Shown here: piece after piece, positions 29,825 to 40,302 of the stretch
How positions within the stretch are numbered: position 1 is the first letter of the stretch
Layout of the letters: the number at the start of each line of letters is the position of its first letter
From: an uncultured Chloroflexia bacterium
Lineage (GTDB): Bacteria; Chloroflexota; Limnocylindria; Limnocylindrales; CSP1-4
Assembly (NCBI GenBank): GCA_963813335.1
Contig: CAWEYL010000004.1
Coordinates: forward strand, 32,001-96,000
Direction: 5' to 3'
DNA length: 64,000 nt
Notes under the pieces: generated by a model
Database searches by the model: none
What the model saw: only the letters and a program-made list of their open reading frames with translations
Told to the model about the DNA's origin: nothing
Position numbers and translations under genes: made by a program

Positions 29825-30826
29825 TCACGGGGTCGCGACGGCGCGCTCCTGGGTGGACGGCACGTAGTCGACCTGGAGCTCCACGGGAGAGCCGAACGCC
29901 GCGGCCAATGACGTGGCCAGCGGTGCCGCGGGCGCGGGCGCATCCGGTCCCGTGAGCGCGATCGTGACCGCGTCGCCCTCGATCGACCACGAGGTCACGG
30001 TCAGGTTCCTGGTCCCGATCCAGTCGCGGACGATCGGGGCCCCCGTCGTGCTCCGGAGCGTGGCCTGGACGTTCTCGATGCCGCGCCAGGCGAGCGGCAC
30101 CGAGATGGCGAGCAGGAGCAGGATCGCCCCGACGATCCCGTTGCGGACCCGATGGCGCTCCCGGATCATCGCCCGCGACGGCGCGGCACCGAAGAGCACG
30201 AAGACGATGCAGGCGACCACCACGATGCCGGCGAAATTCGTCAGGAAGAGCAGGAGGGCGCCGCCGGCATCCTCGATCCGGCCGAGCTCCAGGCAGATCC
30301 CGACGGTCGCGAGCGGCGGGACGAGCGAGACCGCGATGGCGACGCCGGGCAGGGCGTCGGCGCCGGTCCCGCGGACGGCGACATAGGCGCCCGCCGCCCC
30401 GGCCGCGAGGGCCACCCCAAGATCGAGCAGCCCCGGGGCGGTTCGCGCCTCGAGCGACGGGTTCAGGCTGAGCGGGTCGGGCAGCAGCCAGGAGATCGCG
30501 TATCCGATGCCGATGACCAGCAGCGCGCTCAGCACGACCTGCATCCCGTCGATCCACTGCCAGCGGCTGCGGGCGGTGACCAGCGCTCCGGCGAAGGCCA
30601 TGATCGCCCCGCCGAGCGGGGCCACGATCATCGCCCCGATGATCGCCGCGACGGAGTCCTCGAGCAGCCCGAACGTCGCGATCAGCCCCGCCAGCGCGAG
30701 CATGACCGCGTAGGTGGTGACCGAGTCGCGGAAGGCCGCGCCCTCCGGGAACATCCCGTCGAGCATGGCCGGGCCGGTCAGCGGACCGGCCGCGGGCGCG
30801 GCCGTGCGAGGGACGTCCGTGGTCAT
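29825..30826 (-). CDS. DUF389 domain membrane protein
   Basis: IIGAMIVAPL, ALPGVAIAVSLVPPLATVG, LLFLTN. Confidence 0.9.
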   Translation of the reverse strand: MTTDVPRTAAPAAGPLTGPAMLDGMFPEGAAFRDSVTTYAVMLALAGLIATFGLLEDSVAAIIGAMIVAPLGGAIMAFAGALVTARSRWQWIDGMQVVLSALLVIGIGYAISWLLPDPLSLNPSLEARTAPGLLDLGVALAAGAAGAYVAVRGTGADALPGVAIAVSLVPPLATVGICLELGRIEDAGGALLLFLTNFAGIVVVACIVFVLFGAAPSRAMIRERHRVRNGIVGAILLLLAISVPLAWRGIENVQATLRSTTGAPIVRDWIGTRNLTVTSWSIEGDAVTIALTGPDAPAPAAPLATSLAAAFGSPVELQVDYVPSTQERAVATP

Positions 30827-30856
30827 CGGCGCATCGGGTCGATCAGGCGGCCGCGA

Positions 30857-31573
30857 CTACATCCTGGCGAGGATCTCGGTCTTCTTCGCCTCGTACTCCT
30901 CGGCCGTGATGGCGCCGCGGTCCCGGAGGTCGGCCAGGCTGCTCAGCGCGGCCGCCGCGTCGGGGGCGGGCGATGCCGCGACGGGCGGAGCAGCCGGGGA
31001 CGCGCCCGCCGTCGCCGACGCGGCGGCGGGCGCCGCGGGCGTCCCAGCGGCCGCGGCGGCCGGGGCCGGAGCCGTGCTGCCCGACATCTTGCGGGCCATG
31101 ATCGCGTTCCTGAAGCCGTCGGTCTTCGTGATCGTCATGAACCGGTCCGCGCCCGACTGGCCGGACTGGCTCAGGATCACGAGGTCGCCATACCCGAGCG
31201 ACCTGCCGAGGACGCCGACCTTCGACTGCACGTCGGTGATCGACGAGATCAACGAGGCCGACGACCGGTGCTTGAGGAGGCCCTCCTCGCGGATCACGCG
31301 CAGGTTCGTCACCGCGAACTCGGCGGTCCGCCAGGCCACGATGTTGTAGATGATCCCGACGACACCGCCGATGAGCAGCGCCCACGCGACGAGGTCCATC
31401 AGGCCCCCGATGGACCCCCAGAACCCGTCGCCGGACGGCGAGAGCCAGCGGATCACGGCGAAGCCGAGCAACAGCAGGACGGCGACGCCGGATGCGCGGA
31501 TGGGGGCCATCCAGTGCTTCTCCGACTGGAATTCGATCGCTTCGTTGGCGATGAGATTGTCGGCGATGGCCAT
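30857..31573 (-). CDS. bacterial PH domain + SHOCT membrane protein
   Basis: Two TMs, FAVTNLRVI...LGRSLGYGDL, LADLRDRGAITAEEYEAKKTEIL. Confidence 0.88.
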   Translation of the reverse strand: MAIADNLIANEAIEFQSEKHWMAPIRASGVAVLLLLGFAVIRWLSPSGDGFWGSIGGLMDLVAWALLIGGVVGIIYNIVAWRTAEFAVTNLRVIREEGLLKHRSSASLISSITDVQSKVGVLGRSLGYGDLVILSQSGQSGADRFMTITKTDGFRNAIMARKMSGSTAPAPAAAAAGTPAAPAAASATAGASPAAPPVAASPAPDAAAALSSLADLRDRGAITAEEYEAKKTEILARM

Positions 31574-31683
31574 GGGATCCTCACGGTGACGGTCGGGCTG
31601 GAGCCGGACGGAGCCGGACCGGGGGAATCGTAGTCCACCGGCGCCGCCTCGAAGCGCCGGATCCGCGACCCGATCGGGCCCGC

Positions 31684-32766
31684 CTAGCCCTGGACCGTGA
31701 CCTCGACGCGGTGCGGCGCAGGATTGGCGTACCCGCCCACGCTCCACGTCGGCGCGTCGGTCGCACCGACCACATCGATCGCGCGGCAGGCGAGCGCGAC
31801 CTCGCCCGGGCCGGCAGGCCGCCACTCGAACGACCACGACCGCCACGCCCACGGCCCGAGGGCGGGCGGATCGAGCGTCGCGGGTGCCCAGGTCGCGCCC
31901 CCATCGATGGACACCTCGACCCGTTCGACCGGCGCCCTGCCCGACCACGCCCGACCGGTCAGCAGGACCGGGCCGGGCGGCACGATCCGGCGCCGGGTGA
32001 AGAAGTCGGGGATGCCCGGCGGGACCATCAGCGCCCGGGGCGCGATCCGCGTCAGCGGCGACCCGGGCTCGTCGGGATCCTGGCGCAGGCGATACGACTG
32101 GCGGTTCTGATAGCCCGTGAACGGGCCGCGGACGACCTCGATGGTCGAGAGCCACTTGACGCTCGCCATCCCGTACCAGCCGGGCACGACCAGGCGGACC
32201 GGCGCGCCGTGCTGCGGCGGCAGCGGGGAGCCGTTCATCTCGTCGACCAGCAGGACCTCGGCGCGACGGGCCTCGTCGAGCGGCAGTGCCCTGGCGTAGG
32301 CCTGCTCCGACCCGCCCTCCATCCCGCGGTCCAGCCCCGTGAACACCACCTCGTCGGCGCCGGGGTCCAGGCCCGCCTCCGCGAGCAGCGGCCAGAGCGC
32401 GGTGCCGCCCCACTCGGCAGTGCCCACCGCCTCCTGCAGCCACGGCTGACTGAGCGGCCGCGGCTCCATCAGGGCGCGCCCGTTGCCGGCGCACTCGAGC
32501 GTCACGGCGAGGCGTTCCCGCGGCCTGGACCGCAGGTCCGCGAGCGTCAGGCGCAGGCGACGCCCGACGCGGCCACCGATCTCGAGCACCCATGCGTCGG
32601 GGTCCACGGCGGGCACGTCGTAGTGGATCAGCAGGTAGTGGAGGCCCGGCGGCGTGATCGGGTAGCGCAACGCCTCGAGCGGCAGGCCGTGGTTGCGCGT
32701 CGCGAGCTGCAGCTCCTCGGGCGTCAGCCGCCCGGGCTCGCCGAACGTCGGTCCCGTGCCAGTCAC
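31684..32766 (-). CDS. sulfite oxidase-family molybdopterin oxidoreductase
   Basis: TLECAGNGR, HGAPVRLVVPGWYGMASVKWL, dimerisation domain; no Tat signal seen. Confidence 0.9.
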   Translation of the reverse strand: MTGTGPTFGEPGRLTPEELQLATRNHGLPLEALRYPITPPGLHYLLIHYDVPAVDPDAWVLEIGGRVGRRLRLTLADLRSRPRERLAVTLECAGNGRALMEPRPLSQPWLQEAVGTAEWGGTALWPLLAEAGLDPGADEVVFTGLDRGMEGGSEQAYARALPLDEARRAEVLLVDEMNGSPLPPQHGAPVRLVVPGWYGMASVKWLSTIEVVRGPFTGYQNRQSYRLRQDPDEPGSPLTRIAPRALMVPPGIPDFFTRRRIVPPGPVLLTGRAWSGRAPVERVEVSIDGGATWAPATLDPPALGPWAWRSWSFEWRPAGPGEVALACRAIDVVGATDAPTWSVGGYANPAPHRVEVTVQG

Positions 32767-32933
32767 TCGACGCTCCCGATCATGGCGCTCCTCATCCGGG
32801 CCGCTGGACGGCGACCCCCAGTGTGCCGCGTCCAGCGGAACGCCGACAAGGCCGGCGACACCCATGGGTCCCGACGGTTCCCGTGGAATACTGGCGCCGT
32901 GCCTGACCGAACGTCGCCAGCGACCGCGGCCTG

Positions 32934-33827
32934 ATGCCCCACGGGGTCCGCTCGGCGGCGAGCGTCCGGCGGGGGCGTCTCGTCGTCGTCTTCGTCATCA
33001 CCGCCGCGGTCTTCGTGCTCGAGCTGATCGGCGGGTTCGTCGCGAACAGCCTCGCCCTGCTGGCCGACGCCGGGCATATGGCGACCGACCTCGGCGGGAT
33101 CGGCCTGGCCCTCGTCGCGATCTGGTTCGCCGGGCGCCCCGCCACCCGGGACCGCACGTTCGGCTACCTGCGGCTGGAGATCCTCGCCGCGGTCGTCAAC
33201 GCGGTCGTCCTCTTCGGGATCGCGGCGTTCGTCCTGTACGAGGCGTGGCGGCGCCTCGCCGAACCGCCCTCGATCCAGTCCGGGCTCATGCTCGCGATCG
33301 CGTTGGTCGGCCTGGCCGCGAACGCGATCTCGCTCGCCCTTCTCCACGACGCGCAGCGCGAGAGCCTGACCATGCGCGGCGCCTACCTGGAGGTGATGGG
33401 CGACCTCGCGGGATCGGTCGCCGTCATCGTCGCGGCGGTCGTCATCGCGACGACCGGCTGGACGCCGGCCGACGCCATCGCCTCGGCGCTCATCGGCGTG
33501 CTCATCATCCCGCGCACGTGGCGCCTCCTGCGCGAGGCCGTCGACGTGCTCCTCGAGGCGACGCCGAAGGGCGTCGACATGGCCGAGGTCCGGGCGCACA
33601 TCCTCGATGCCGACGGCGTGGCCGATGTCCACGACCTCCACGCCTGGACGATCACCTCGGGGATGGACGTCCTCTCCGCCCATGTCGTCCTCGCCGAGGG
33701 CGCGGACCCGCCGGCGGTGCTCGACGAGCTGTGCCGCTGCCTCTCGGGCGACTTCGACATCGAGCACTCGACCTTCCAGCTGGAGACCGCCGACCGGCGC
33801 CGGCTCGAGGAGGCGCATCACGCCTGA
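32934..33827 (+). CDS. cation diffusion facilitator (CzcD/ZitB-like)
   Basis: SLALLADAGHMATD, TFGYLRLEILAA, VHDLHAW, HSTFQLE. Confidence 0.93.
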   Translation: MPHGVRSAASVRRGRLVVVFVITAAVFVLELIGGFVANSLALLADAGHMATDLGGIGLALVAIWFAGRPATRDRTFGYLRLEILAAVVNAVVLFGIAAFVLYEAWRRLAEPPSIQSGLMLAIALVGLAANAISLALLHDAQRESLTMRGAYLEVMGDLAGSVAVIVAAVVIATTGWTPADAIASALIGVLIIPRTWRLLREAVDVLLEATPKGVDMAEVRAHILDADGVADVHDLHAWTITSGMDVLSAHVVLAEGADPPAVLDELCRCLSGDFDIEHSTFQLETADRRRLEEAHHA

Positions 33828-33833
33828 AGTGCG

Positions 33834-35147
33834 CTAGTCGTCGGTCGCCGGCGTCGTCGCTCCCGTGTCGACGACGGGCTCGGGGTTCACGCCGGCCCAG
33901 GCGATCACGCGAGCCGCGGTCGTGCCCTGCACGAGCAGCGTGAACAGCACGATGCCGAAGACCGTCCCCGTGATGACGCCGCGCTGCGGGACATCGAGCG
34001 GGAGCGACAGGACGAGCGCGAAGGCGACCGCCCCGCGCAGCCCGGACCAGAACAGGACGTGGAACCAACCGGTCGGCATGGCGGCGATCTGGCCCCACTC
34101 GGGCCAGCCCGTCCGCCGGGCAGGTTCGGGCGCCGGCCCCGACGGCTGGCCGCCGGTCGTCCGGGCCGCGAGCCAGCGCAGGCCGCCCAGGATCCCGTAG
34201 ACCACGATCGCCCGCCCGATGACGATCGCGATGATCCCCCACACGATCGAATTGGCCGCCGCGACGAGGTCAGAGACCACGATCGACAGGCCGATCAGCA
34301 GGAACGCGAACGCGGTCAGGACGAAGGCGACGTATTCCCACACCGTGTCGATCGCCTGCCGCGTGCGCTCGCTGACGCCGGCCTGGGCGACGTCGCTGCC
34401 CAGAACGATCCCGGCGACCACCGTCGCGATCACCCCGGACTGACCGAGCCCGTTCGCGATCAGATACGTGCCATAGGCGACGACGAACGTCAACGTGAGC
34501 TCGACCAGGTGATCGTCGACGATCGAGGCCAGGCGGACGGCGACCAACCCACACAGCGCCCCGATCACGACGCTCGAGTAGATCGCGACCACGAAGGTCG
34601 CGACGCCGTTCACGGGGTCATAGCTCGCCCCGACCGCGGCCAGGGCGATGGCGAAGAGGACGATCCCGGTGCCGTCGTTGAAGAGGCTCTCGGCTTCGAC
34701 GAGGGCGGCGAGGCGCCGAGGCGCCCGCACGTCGCGCATCGTCGCGACGACCGCGACCGGGTCCGTCGCGGAGACGATGGCTCCGACGACGAATGCGATC
34801 GTGAGCGGCAGGCCGGTCGCCAGGTTCAGGACGATCGCGACCGTGATCGAGATCACGAGCACGCCCGGCACGGCGAGGAGTGTGATCCGGGCAACGACGT
34901 CGCGCAGGTCCGATATGTGGAGCCGGAACGCCGCCTCGAAGACGAGGCCGGGCAGCAGGGCGACGAGTACCAGGTCCGGCGTGACAGTGATCCGACCGGG
35001 CGCAAACGCCGCCACGATCAGGCCGAAGATCACCAGCGCCACGCTCAGCGGCAGTCGCACGCGGCGGACGACGAGCGCGACGAGCGTCAGCGCGCCGAGC
35101 AGCGCGACGAACAGCTCGATCGCGCCGAGGACCGGGTCGTCTTGCAT
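33834..35147 (-). CDS. CPA1 Na+/H+ antiporter (NhaP-like)
   Basis: SATDPVAV, AESLFNDG, WSGLRGAV, LVQGTT; leaderless TAGCAT-6nt-ATG. Confidence 0.92.
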   Translation of the reverse strand: MQDDPVLGAIELFVALLGALTLVALVVRRVRLPLSVALVIFGLIVAAFAPGRITVTPDLVLVALLPGLVFEAAFRLHISDLRDVVARITLLAVPGVLVISITVAIVLNLATGLPLTIAFVVGAIVSATDPVAVVATMRDVRAPRRLAALVEAESLFNDGTGIVLFAIALAAVGASYDPVNGVATFVVAIYSSVVIGALCGLVAVRLASIVDDHLVELTLTFVVAYGTYLIANGLGQSGVIATVVAGIVLGSDVAQAGVSERTRQAIDTVWEYVAFVLTAFAFLLIGLSIVVSDLVAAANSIVWGIIAIVIGRAIVVYGILGGLRWLAARTTGGQPSGPAPEPARRTGWPEWGQIAAMPTGWFHVLFWSGLRGAVAFALVLSLPLDVPQRGVITGTVFGIVLFTLLVQGTTAARVIAWAGVNPEPVVDTGATTPATDD

Positions 35148-35244
35148 CGGGCCATGCTAGCGGGCCGCCGGTCGGCTCCGGACGCCGTCGTGCGGCTGCC
35201 GAGTCCGTCTCGACCGGGCCGGGCGACCGTCGTACGCTGTGCCC

Positions 35245-35712
35245 ATGCCGAGCCCGTACGCCGCCGACATCGACAACGAGCGCACGCACTGGTACGAGAT
35301 CGCCGCGCTCGTGCGCCGGCTCGAGCCGGACGAGTGCCTCGCCCCCGGCTACTACACGGATCCGGCGTGGACCGTCCGCGACGTGGTCGCCCATCTCGGG
35401 ACATGGCTGGCCGAGGCGCAGGCCCAGTTCGAGCGGATGGCGGCCGGAACGTACGAGGGCCACGACGTCGACATCGACGCCATGAATGCCGCCTTCCTTG
35501 CCGCGATGCAGGGTCAGCCCTGGGATGTCGCCTGGCTCCAGGCCAACGCCGCGCGGACCCGGATGGTCCAGACCTGGGAGGAGCTAGCCGAGCCTGACGA
35601 CGAGGCCGCCTGGTGGATCCGCAAGTCCGCGGTCGACCACTACCACGAACACCTCGACCGACTCCGCGAGTGGGTCGCCGAGCTGGAGGCGCGGCGGGCT
35701 GGCCCCGCCTGA
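35245..35712 (+). CDS. DinB/MDMPI N-terminal-like protein
   Basis: WTVRDVVAHL...HYHEH metal triad; leaderless TACGCT-6nt-ATG. Confidence 0.8.
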   Translation: MPSPYAADIDNERTHWYEIAALVRRLEPDECLAPGYYTDPAWTVRDVVAHLGTWLAEAQAQFERMAAGTYEGHDVDIDAMNAAFLAAMQGQPWDVAWLQANAARTRMVQTWEELAEPDDEAAWWIRKSAVDHYHEHLDRLREWVAELEARRAGPA

Positions 35713-35722
35713 ACCGCGGGCG

Positions 35723-36277
35723 CTACGGCCGGTCAGCGTCGGCTTCCGGCTGGTCCGCGATCCGGACGATGCCCGCGAGCAATGAGCCGATGACCAGGCC
35801 GATGGCCAGGCCCAGCAGGTTCTCGACGACATCCCACGCCTGACAGGAGCGGGCAAGGCCGGGCAGCAGCGCCTGGATCCCCTCGATCGCGAACGGCAGG
35901 GCCGCGGCGCCCAGCCCGGCCCCGATCAGCACGCTCCGGCGCGGGATGAGGCCGATGAACAGGCCCAGGGGCACGAACAGCAGCACGTTCTGGCCGTTGT
36001 CGCTGGTCAGCGACCACAGTTCGGACAGGCTGGGGGCCGGGACGAGACCCTGGCAGGTGATGGGTGCCGAGGAGTCGCCGCCGATCCCTGGGGTCAGCGT
36101 GATCGCGAGCACCGCTCCGAGGCTGAACAGCAGGAGCCCGGCCGGCAGGCGCGAGAGCCCGGTCCGGCGTGCCGACCAGGGTGCCGCGAGGGCGGCCGCG
36201 ATCCCCGCGACCAGCAGCGCGGGGTAGACGAGCGGCATGGTCGCGAGGGTCCGCGCGAACGAGCGGAGGACGTTCAT
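35723..36277 (-). CDS. VanZ family membrane protein
   Basis: NVLLFVPLG, IEGIQ, RSCQAWDVVENLLG. Confidence 0.85.
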   Translation of the reverse strand: MNVLRSFARTLATMPLVYPALLVAGIAAALAAPWSARRTGLSRLPAGLLLFSLGAVLAITLTPGIGGDSSAPITCQGLVPAPSLSELWSLTSDNGQNVLLFVPLGLFIGLIPRRSVLIGAGLGAAALPFAIEGIQALLPGLARSCQAWDVVENLLGLAIGLVIGSLLAGIVRIADQPEADADRP

Positions 36278-37137
36278 CGGGCCGCCGCTGTCGTCGCTGC
36301 CGCCGAGACGACCGCCGCCGAGAAGGGCGGCCACGCCTCGAGCGCCCATGGACCGAAGTCGCGGTCGGTCAGCGCGATGAGGGCGAGATCGGCCAGCGGG
36401 TCGACCCACAGGAACCCGCCGGACCCGCCGAAATGACCGAAGGTGGCCGGGCTGTTGGCCTCCGCCATCCAGTGCGGCCGCTTGTCGCCGTGGATCTCGA
36501 CCCCCAGGCCCCAGTCGCAGTGCTCGTAGTTGCCGACCCCCGGGACGACGCCCGGGAGTCCGGGGAACGCCACGCTCCGCATCGCGGCCGCCGCCGCCGG
36601 GTCGAGCAGGGTCGGGCGCAGAAGCTCCTGGGCGATGCACGCGAGATCGGCGAGCGGCCCGTGCAGCCCCTGCGACGGTCGCTCGAGCAGACGCGTGCCC
36701 GTGGCACCGAGCGGCCCGAGGACCCAGGCCCCGAGGGCCGCCTCGAACGAGGTCCCGGCTCGCTCCGCGACCAGCCGGCCGAGCTCATCGAAGCCGGGGT
36801 TCGAGTAGATCCGCCGCGATCCGGGGGCGGCCAGGACCGCCGTCCCCTCGAACGGCAGCCCGGACGTGTGCGCGAGGAGGTGCCGGACCGTGGAGCGGGG
36901 TGGCCCTGCCGGCTCGTCGAGGCTGAGCAGTCCTCGTTCCGCCCCGACCAGGACGGCCAGTGCGGTCACGGGCTTCGTCACGGACGCCCAGCGGGACGTC
37001 CGCGCGAGGTCGCCGCGGCTCGCGACGATCCCGTCCGGACCGATGACCGCGGCCGCGGCGGTACTGGCGCCCCAGCCGTCGATCGCGGCCAGCGCGCCGG
37101 CGAACCTCGGGTCGTCGGCGTCGGATGCAGGTCCCAT
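36274..37137 (-). CDS. serine hydrolase (beta-lactamase family)
   Basis: ASVTK (SxxK), LLAHTSG, YSN, FGHFGGSG. Confidence 0.9.
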   Translation of the reverse strand: MGPASDADDPRFAGALAAIDGWGASTAAAAVIGPDGIVASRGDLARTSRWASVTKPVTALAVLVGAERGLLSLDEPAGPPRSTVRHLLAHTSGLPFEGTAVLAAPGSRRIYSNPGFDELGRLVAERAGTSFEAALGAWVLGPLGATGTRLLERPSQGLHGPLADLACIAQELLRPTLLDPAAAAAMRSVAFPGLPGVVPGVGNYEHCDWGLGVEIHGDKRPHWMAEANSPATFGHFGGSGGFLWVDPLADLALIALTDRDFGPWALEAWPPFSAAVVSAAATTAAAR

Positions 37138-37262
37138 GGCGCCGAACGCTAGCACCGGCCGGGTCTGTGGTCCCACGCCGGGCGGCCCGGACGTCTGGGT
37201 CGGCGGCCGCTGGCCCGTCCGTCGGGGTGGCGGGACTTGCGTCGAGCCGTCACCATGGGCTC

Positions 37263-38870
37263 GTGCCAGTCCGCCGCCGGTCGTCGCTCGGGGCGCCGAT
37301 CGCCCTCGTCGCGCTGCTCCTCGCCTCGGTCGCGGCTCCCGCGAGCGCGTCGGCGAGCGAGTTCCCGGCCGGCTATACCGGGTACCACAGCTACACCGAG
37401 GTCGCCGCCGACGTCGCGGCCACCGCCGCCGCCCACCCGGACATCGTCCAGCGGTTCTCGATCGGCAAGAGCTACCAGGGCCGCGAGATGTGGGCCGTCA
37501 AGGTCTCGGACAACGTCACGGTCGACGAACCCGAGCCCGAAGTCCTCTTCGACGGCGGCACCCACTCCGACGAGCACATGGGCGTCGAGATGACGCTCAG
37601 CATCTTCCACTGGCTCGTCAACGGGTACGGCACGGACCAGCGCATCACCGACATCGTGAACTCGCGCGAGATCTGGATCGTCTTCATCGTCAACCCCGAT
37701 GGTGTCGAGCACGACATCTCGGGCGGCAGGTTCCACCTCTGGCGCAAGAACCGCCAGCCGACGCCGGGCACCACGTCGATCGGGACGGACCTCAACCGGA
37801 ACTACGGCTACAAGTGGGGCGGCGGCGGCCGGACCAGCACGAACCCGCAGGCGATCACCTATCGCGGGCCGAGCGCCTTCTCGGCGCCCGAGACGCGGAA
37901 CATGCGCGACTTCCTGGCCAGCCGGGTCGTCAACGGTCGCCAGCAGATCCGCACCGCCATCACCTTCCACGAGGATGGCCGGCTGGTGATGTGGCCGTAC
38001 GGCTACACCTACGCGAACATCCCGGCCGACATGACCGCCCAGGACCACAACGCGCTCGTCTCGATCGGCAAGCACATGGCGAGCACGAACGGGTACAAGC
38101 CCGAGCAGGCCAGCGACCTGTACATCACCTCCGGCACGACCCGTGACTACGAGTACGGGATGTACCGGATCTTCTCGTACACGTTCGAGATGTCGATCGG
38201 CGCCTACATGGACGATTCGAAGATCGCGTCCGAGACCGGTCGCAACAAGGCCGCCGTCCTGTACCTGATGGAGCGGGCGTGGTGCCCGCTCTCGGTGCTG
38301 GGCACGGCCGTCCGCCAGGCACGGTGCGGCGCCTTCGACGAGGACTTCGAGGTCTCCCGCGGCTGGACGATCAACCCCGACGGCACCGATTCCGCACCCG
38401 CGTCGGGCCGGTTCGCCCGCGGCACGCCGGCGGCCACCACCTACAACGGCCCCAAGCAACTCCACAACGTCCCTTCCGGCGCACGGGCGCTGGTGACCGG
38501 GCTGGCGGCGGGCACCGGCCCGAGCGCGGGCGACCTCGACGGGCGGACGACCGCCCGCTCGCAGCCGATCGCGCTGCCGGCCGCCACGGGCCAGCGTCTG
38601 ACGTTCCGGTATGTGTTCGCCCACGACGCGCGCTCGTCCGCGGCCGACTCGCTCCAGGCGATCGTCGAGAAGGGCGACGGCTCGCAGGTCGTCGTCTTCA
38701 CGACGTCCGGCACGGCCGCCGATGTCGACGGCGCGTGGCATAGCGCCTCGATCCCGCTGGACGCGTTCGCCGGCCAGACCATCCGGCTCCGCTTCACAGC
38801 GGTCGACGGCGGCCCGTCGAACGTCCTCGAGGTCGAGCTCGACGATGTCCGGGTGACCCGCCCGGGCTGA
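37263..38870 (+). CDS. secreted M14 zinc carboxypeptidase (carboxypeptidase T-like) with C-terminal beta domain
   Basis: Signal peptide, HSDE, WRKNR, DLNRN, YRGPSAFSAPE, FH, TFE. Confidence 0.9.
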   Translation: MPVRRRSSLGAPIALVALLLASVAAPASASASEFPAGYTGYHSYTEVAADVAATAAAHPDIVQRFSIGKSYQGREMWAVKVSDNVTVDEPEPEVLFDGGTHSDEHMGVEMTLSIFHWLVNGYGTDQRITDIVNSREIWIVFIVNPDGVEHDISGGRFHLWRKNRQPTPGTTSIGTDLNRNYGYKWGGGGRTSTNPQAITYRGPSAFSAPETRNMRDFLASRVVNGRQQIRTAITFHEDGRLVMWPYGYTYANIPADMTAQDHNALVSIGKHMASTNGYKPEQASDLYITSGTTRDYEYGMYRIFSYTFEMSIGAYMDDSKIASETGRNKAAVLYLMERAWCPLSVLGTAVRQARCGAFDEDFEVSRGWTINPDGTDSAPASGRFARGTPAATTYNGPKQLHNVPSGARALVTGLAAGTGPSAGDLDGRTTARSQPIALPAATGQRLTFRYVFAHDARSSAADSLQAIVEKGDGSQVVVFTTSGTAADVDGAWHSASIPLDAFAGQTIRLRFTAVDGGPSNVLEVELDDVRVTRPG

Positions 38871-38916
38871 CCTCGTCCGTCACCGCCCTGTCACGCTCCG
38901 TGAATAGACTGCGGCC

Positions 38917-39600
38917 ATGAGGTTCTTCAGTACCAAGCCCGCGTCCATCCCCTCCCCCGCCGAGTCCCTCCCCGGGCGGTCGTCCCCGATCATGACCCCG
39001 GGCATCCACCGGGTCCTCGGCACGCCGCTCGCCGGCCCGTGGCCCGCCGGCACGAAGACCGCGGTCTTCGGCCTCGGCTGCTTCTGGGGCGACGAGAAGG
39101 ACTTCTGGCAGGTCCCCGGCGTGGTGACGACGGCCGTCGGGTATGCCGGCGGCCATACCCCCAATCCCACCTACGAGGAGGTGTGCTCGAGCCGCACGGG
39201 GCACGCCGAAGTGGTGCTCGTCGCGTACGACCCCGCGAAGGTGACGTACGAGCGGCTGCTCAAGACGTTCTGGGAGAGCCACGACCCCACCCAGGGCATG
39301 CGCCAGGGCAACGACATGGGCACCAGCTACCGCTCGATCATCCTCGTCGCCGACGAGGAGCAGCGGGCTGCCGCCGAGGCCTCGAAGGCCATGTTCCAGG
39401 AGCGCCTGTCGGCCAAGGGCTACGGCGCCATCACGACCGAGATCGCGGATCGGGCCGACTTCCCGTTCTACTACGCCGAGGACTACCACCAGCAGTACCT
39501 CGACAAGAAGGGAAATGAGAACGGGTATTGCCCGGACCACCGCACCGGGGTCAAGCTGCCGGACGACTTCGTGGTGACGCCGCTGCAGTACGTGGACTGA
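38917..39600 (+). CDS. msrA: peptide-methionine (S)-S-oxide reductase
   Basis: [18 protein letters not shown]...[23 protein letters not shown]; leaderless TAGACT-6nt-ATG. Confidence 0.97.
   Translation: MRFFSTKPASIPSPAESLPGRSSPIMTPGIHRVLGTPLAGPWPAGTKTAVFGLGCFWGDEKDFWQVPGVVTTAVGYAGGHTPNPTYEEVCSSRTGHAEVVLVAYDPAKVTYERLLKTFWESHDPTQGMRQGNDMGTSYRSIILVADEEQRAAAEASKAMFQERLSAKGYGAITTEIADRADFPFYYAEDYHQQYLDKKGNENGYCPDHRTGVKLPDDFVVTPLQYVD
39526..39600 (+). repeat. msrA 3'-tail repeat, copy 1 (in gene)
   Basis: TATTGCCCG...CAGTACGTGGACTGA = [24 protein letters not shown]. Confidence 0.92.
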
Positions 39601-39637
39601 GCCCGAAGCCAAGGCAGTGCCGCGGTAGGATGCAGGC

Positions 39638-40075
39638 GTGCGTGTCGTGGTTGCGGGTGCTCATGAGAAACGCCTCCGCGTACGCCCCGCAGCCGCTGTC
39701 CTGCTCCTCGCGGCTGGACTTGGTCTGGCCGGATGCTCGCCTTCCCAGTCCGACCTAATCATCTACAACCGGACGACCGTCCCAATCGCGGTCGTGACGT
39801 ACGACGACACGAACTACGTGGACGCATGTGCCTCTGCGCGATTCAGATGGACGCCTCGACTGACTCCGGTAAGCCCGGAGACCGTCCCATCGCCTCCACC
39901 TTCCGACTCGGTGCAGATTCTGCTCCCGGCGGACTACTTCCCGCCGCCGGATGGGCAGGGCTCCGCCGTCCGGTCGCTGGTCGTCACGAGTAGCGACGTC
40001 ATCACAGACTCGCCTCCGTTCGTGGAGCATCCTGACCCATCATTGCCACCATGCGAGGGTGTCCCCCCGGCATAG
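39638..40075 (+). CDS. hypothetical lipoprotein (cargo 1)
   Basis: LAGC lipobox, IIYNRTTVPI; own -10 TAGGAT 6 nt before GTG; more AT-rich codons than host. Confidence 0.75.
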   Translation: MRVVVAGAHEKRLRVRPAAAVLLLAAGLGLAGCSPSQSDLIIYNRTTVPIAVVTYDDTNYVDACASARFRWTPRLTPVSPETVPSPPPSDSVQILLPADYFPPPDGQGSAVRSLVVTSSDVITDSPPFVEHPDPSLPPCEGVPPA

Positions 40076-40102
40076 CGCCGGGCCAGCGGCAGTAGTCCCG
40101 CT

Positions 40103-40192
40103 GAGAATCCCCGGGGCTATTGCCCGAACCACTCGACCGGCGTGAAGCTGCCGGACGGCTTCGCGGTCACGCCGCTGCAGTACGTCGACTAG
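40103..40192 (+). repeat. msrA 3'-tail repeat, copy 2 (orphan)
   Basis: Encodes [29 protein letters not shown]; 63/75 nt identical to copy 1 over 40118-40192. Confidence 0.92.
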
Positions 40193-40302
40193 GCAGCTCA
40201 GGCCGCGGCATATCTAGGATCTCGTAACACGGTCGCAATGGCGGCGTCCTGGTTGGCAGGATGCGACGCAGAGTTCGCGAACAGGCGGTAGGAGGTCGAC
40301 CG

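Noticed and set aside
30857-32593. Apparent long fusions such as 30857-32593, 44849-46444, 54438-56453 and 55349-57706
   Set aside because: The ORF caller extended into neighbouring genes' alternate frames; true starts are internal.
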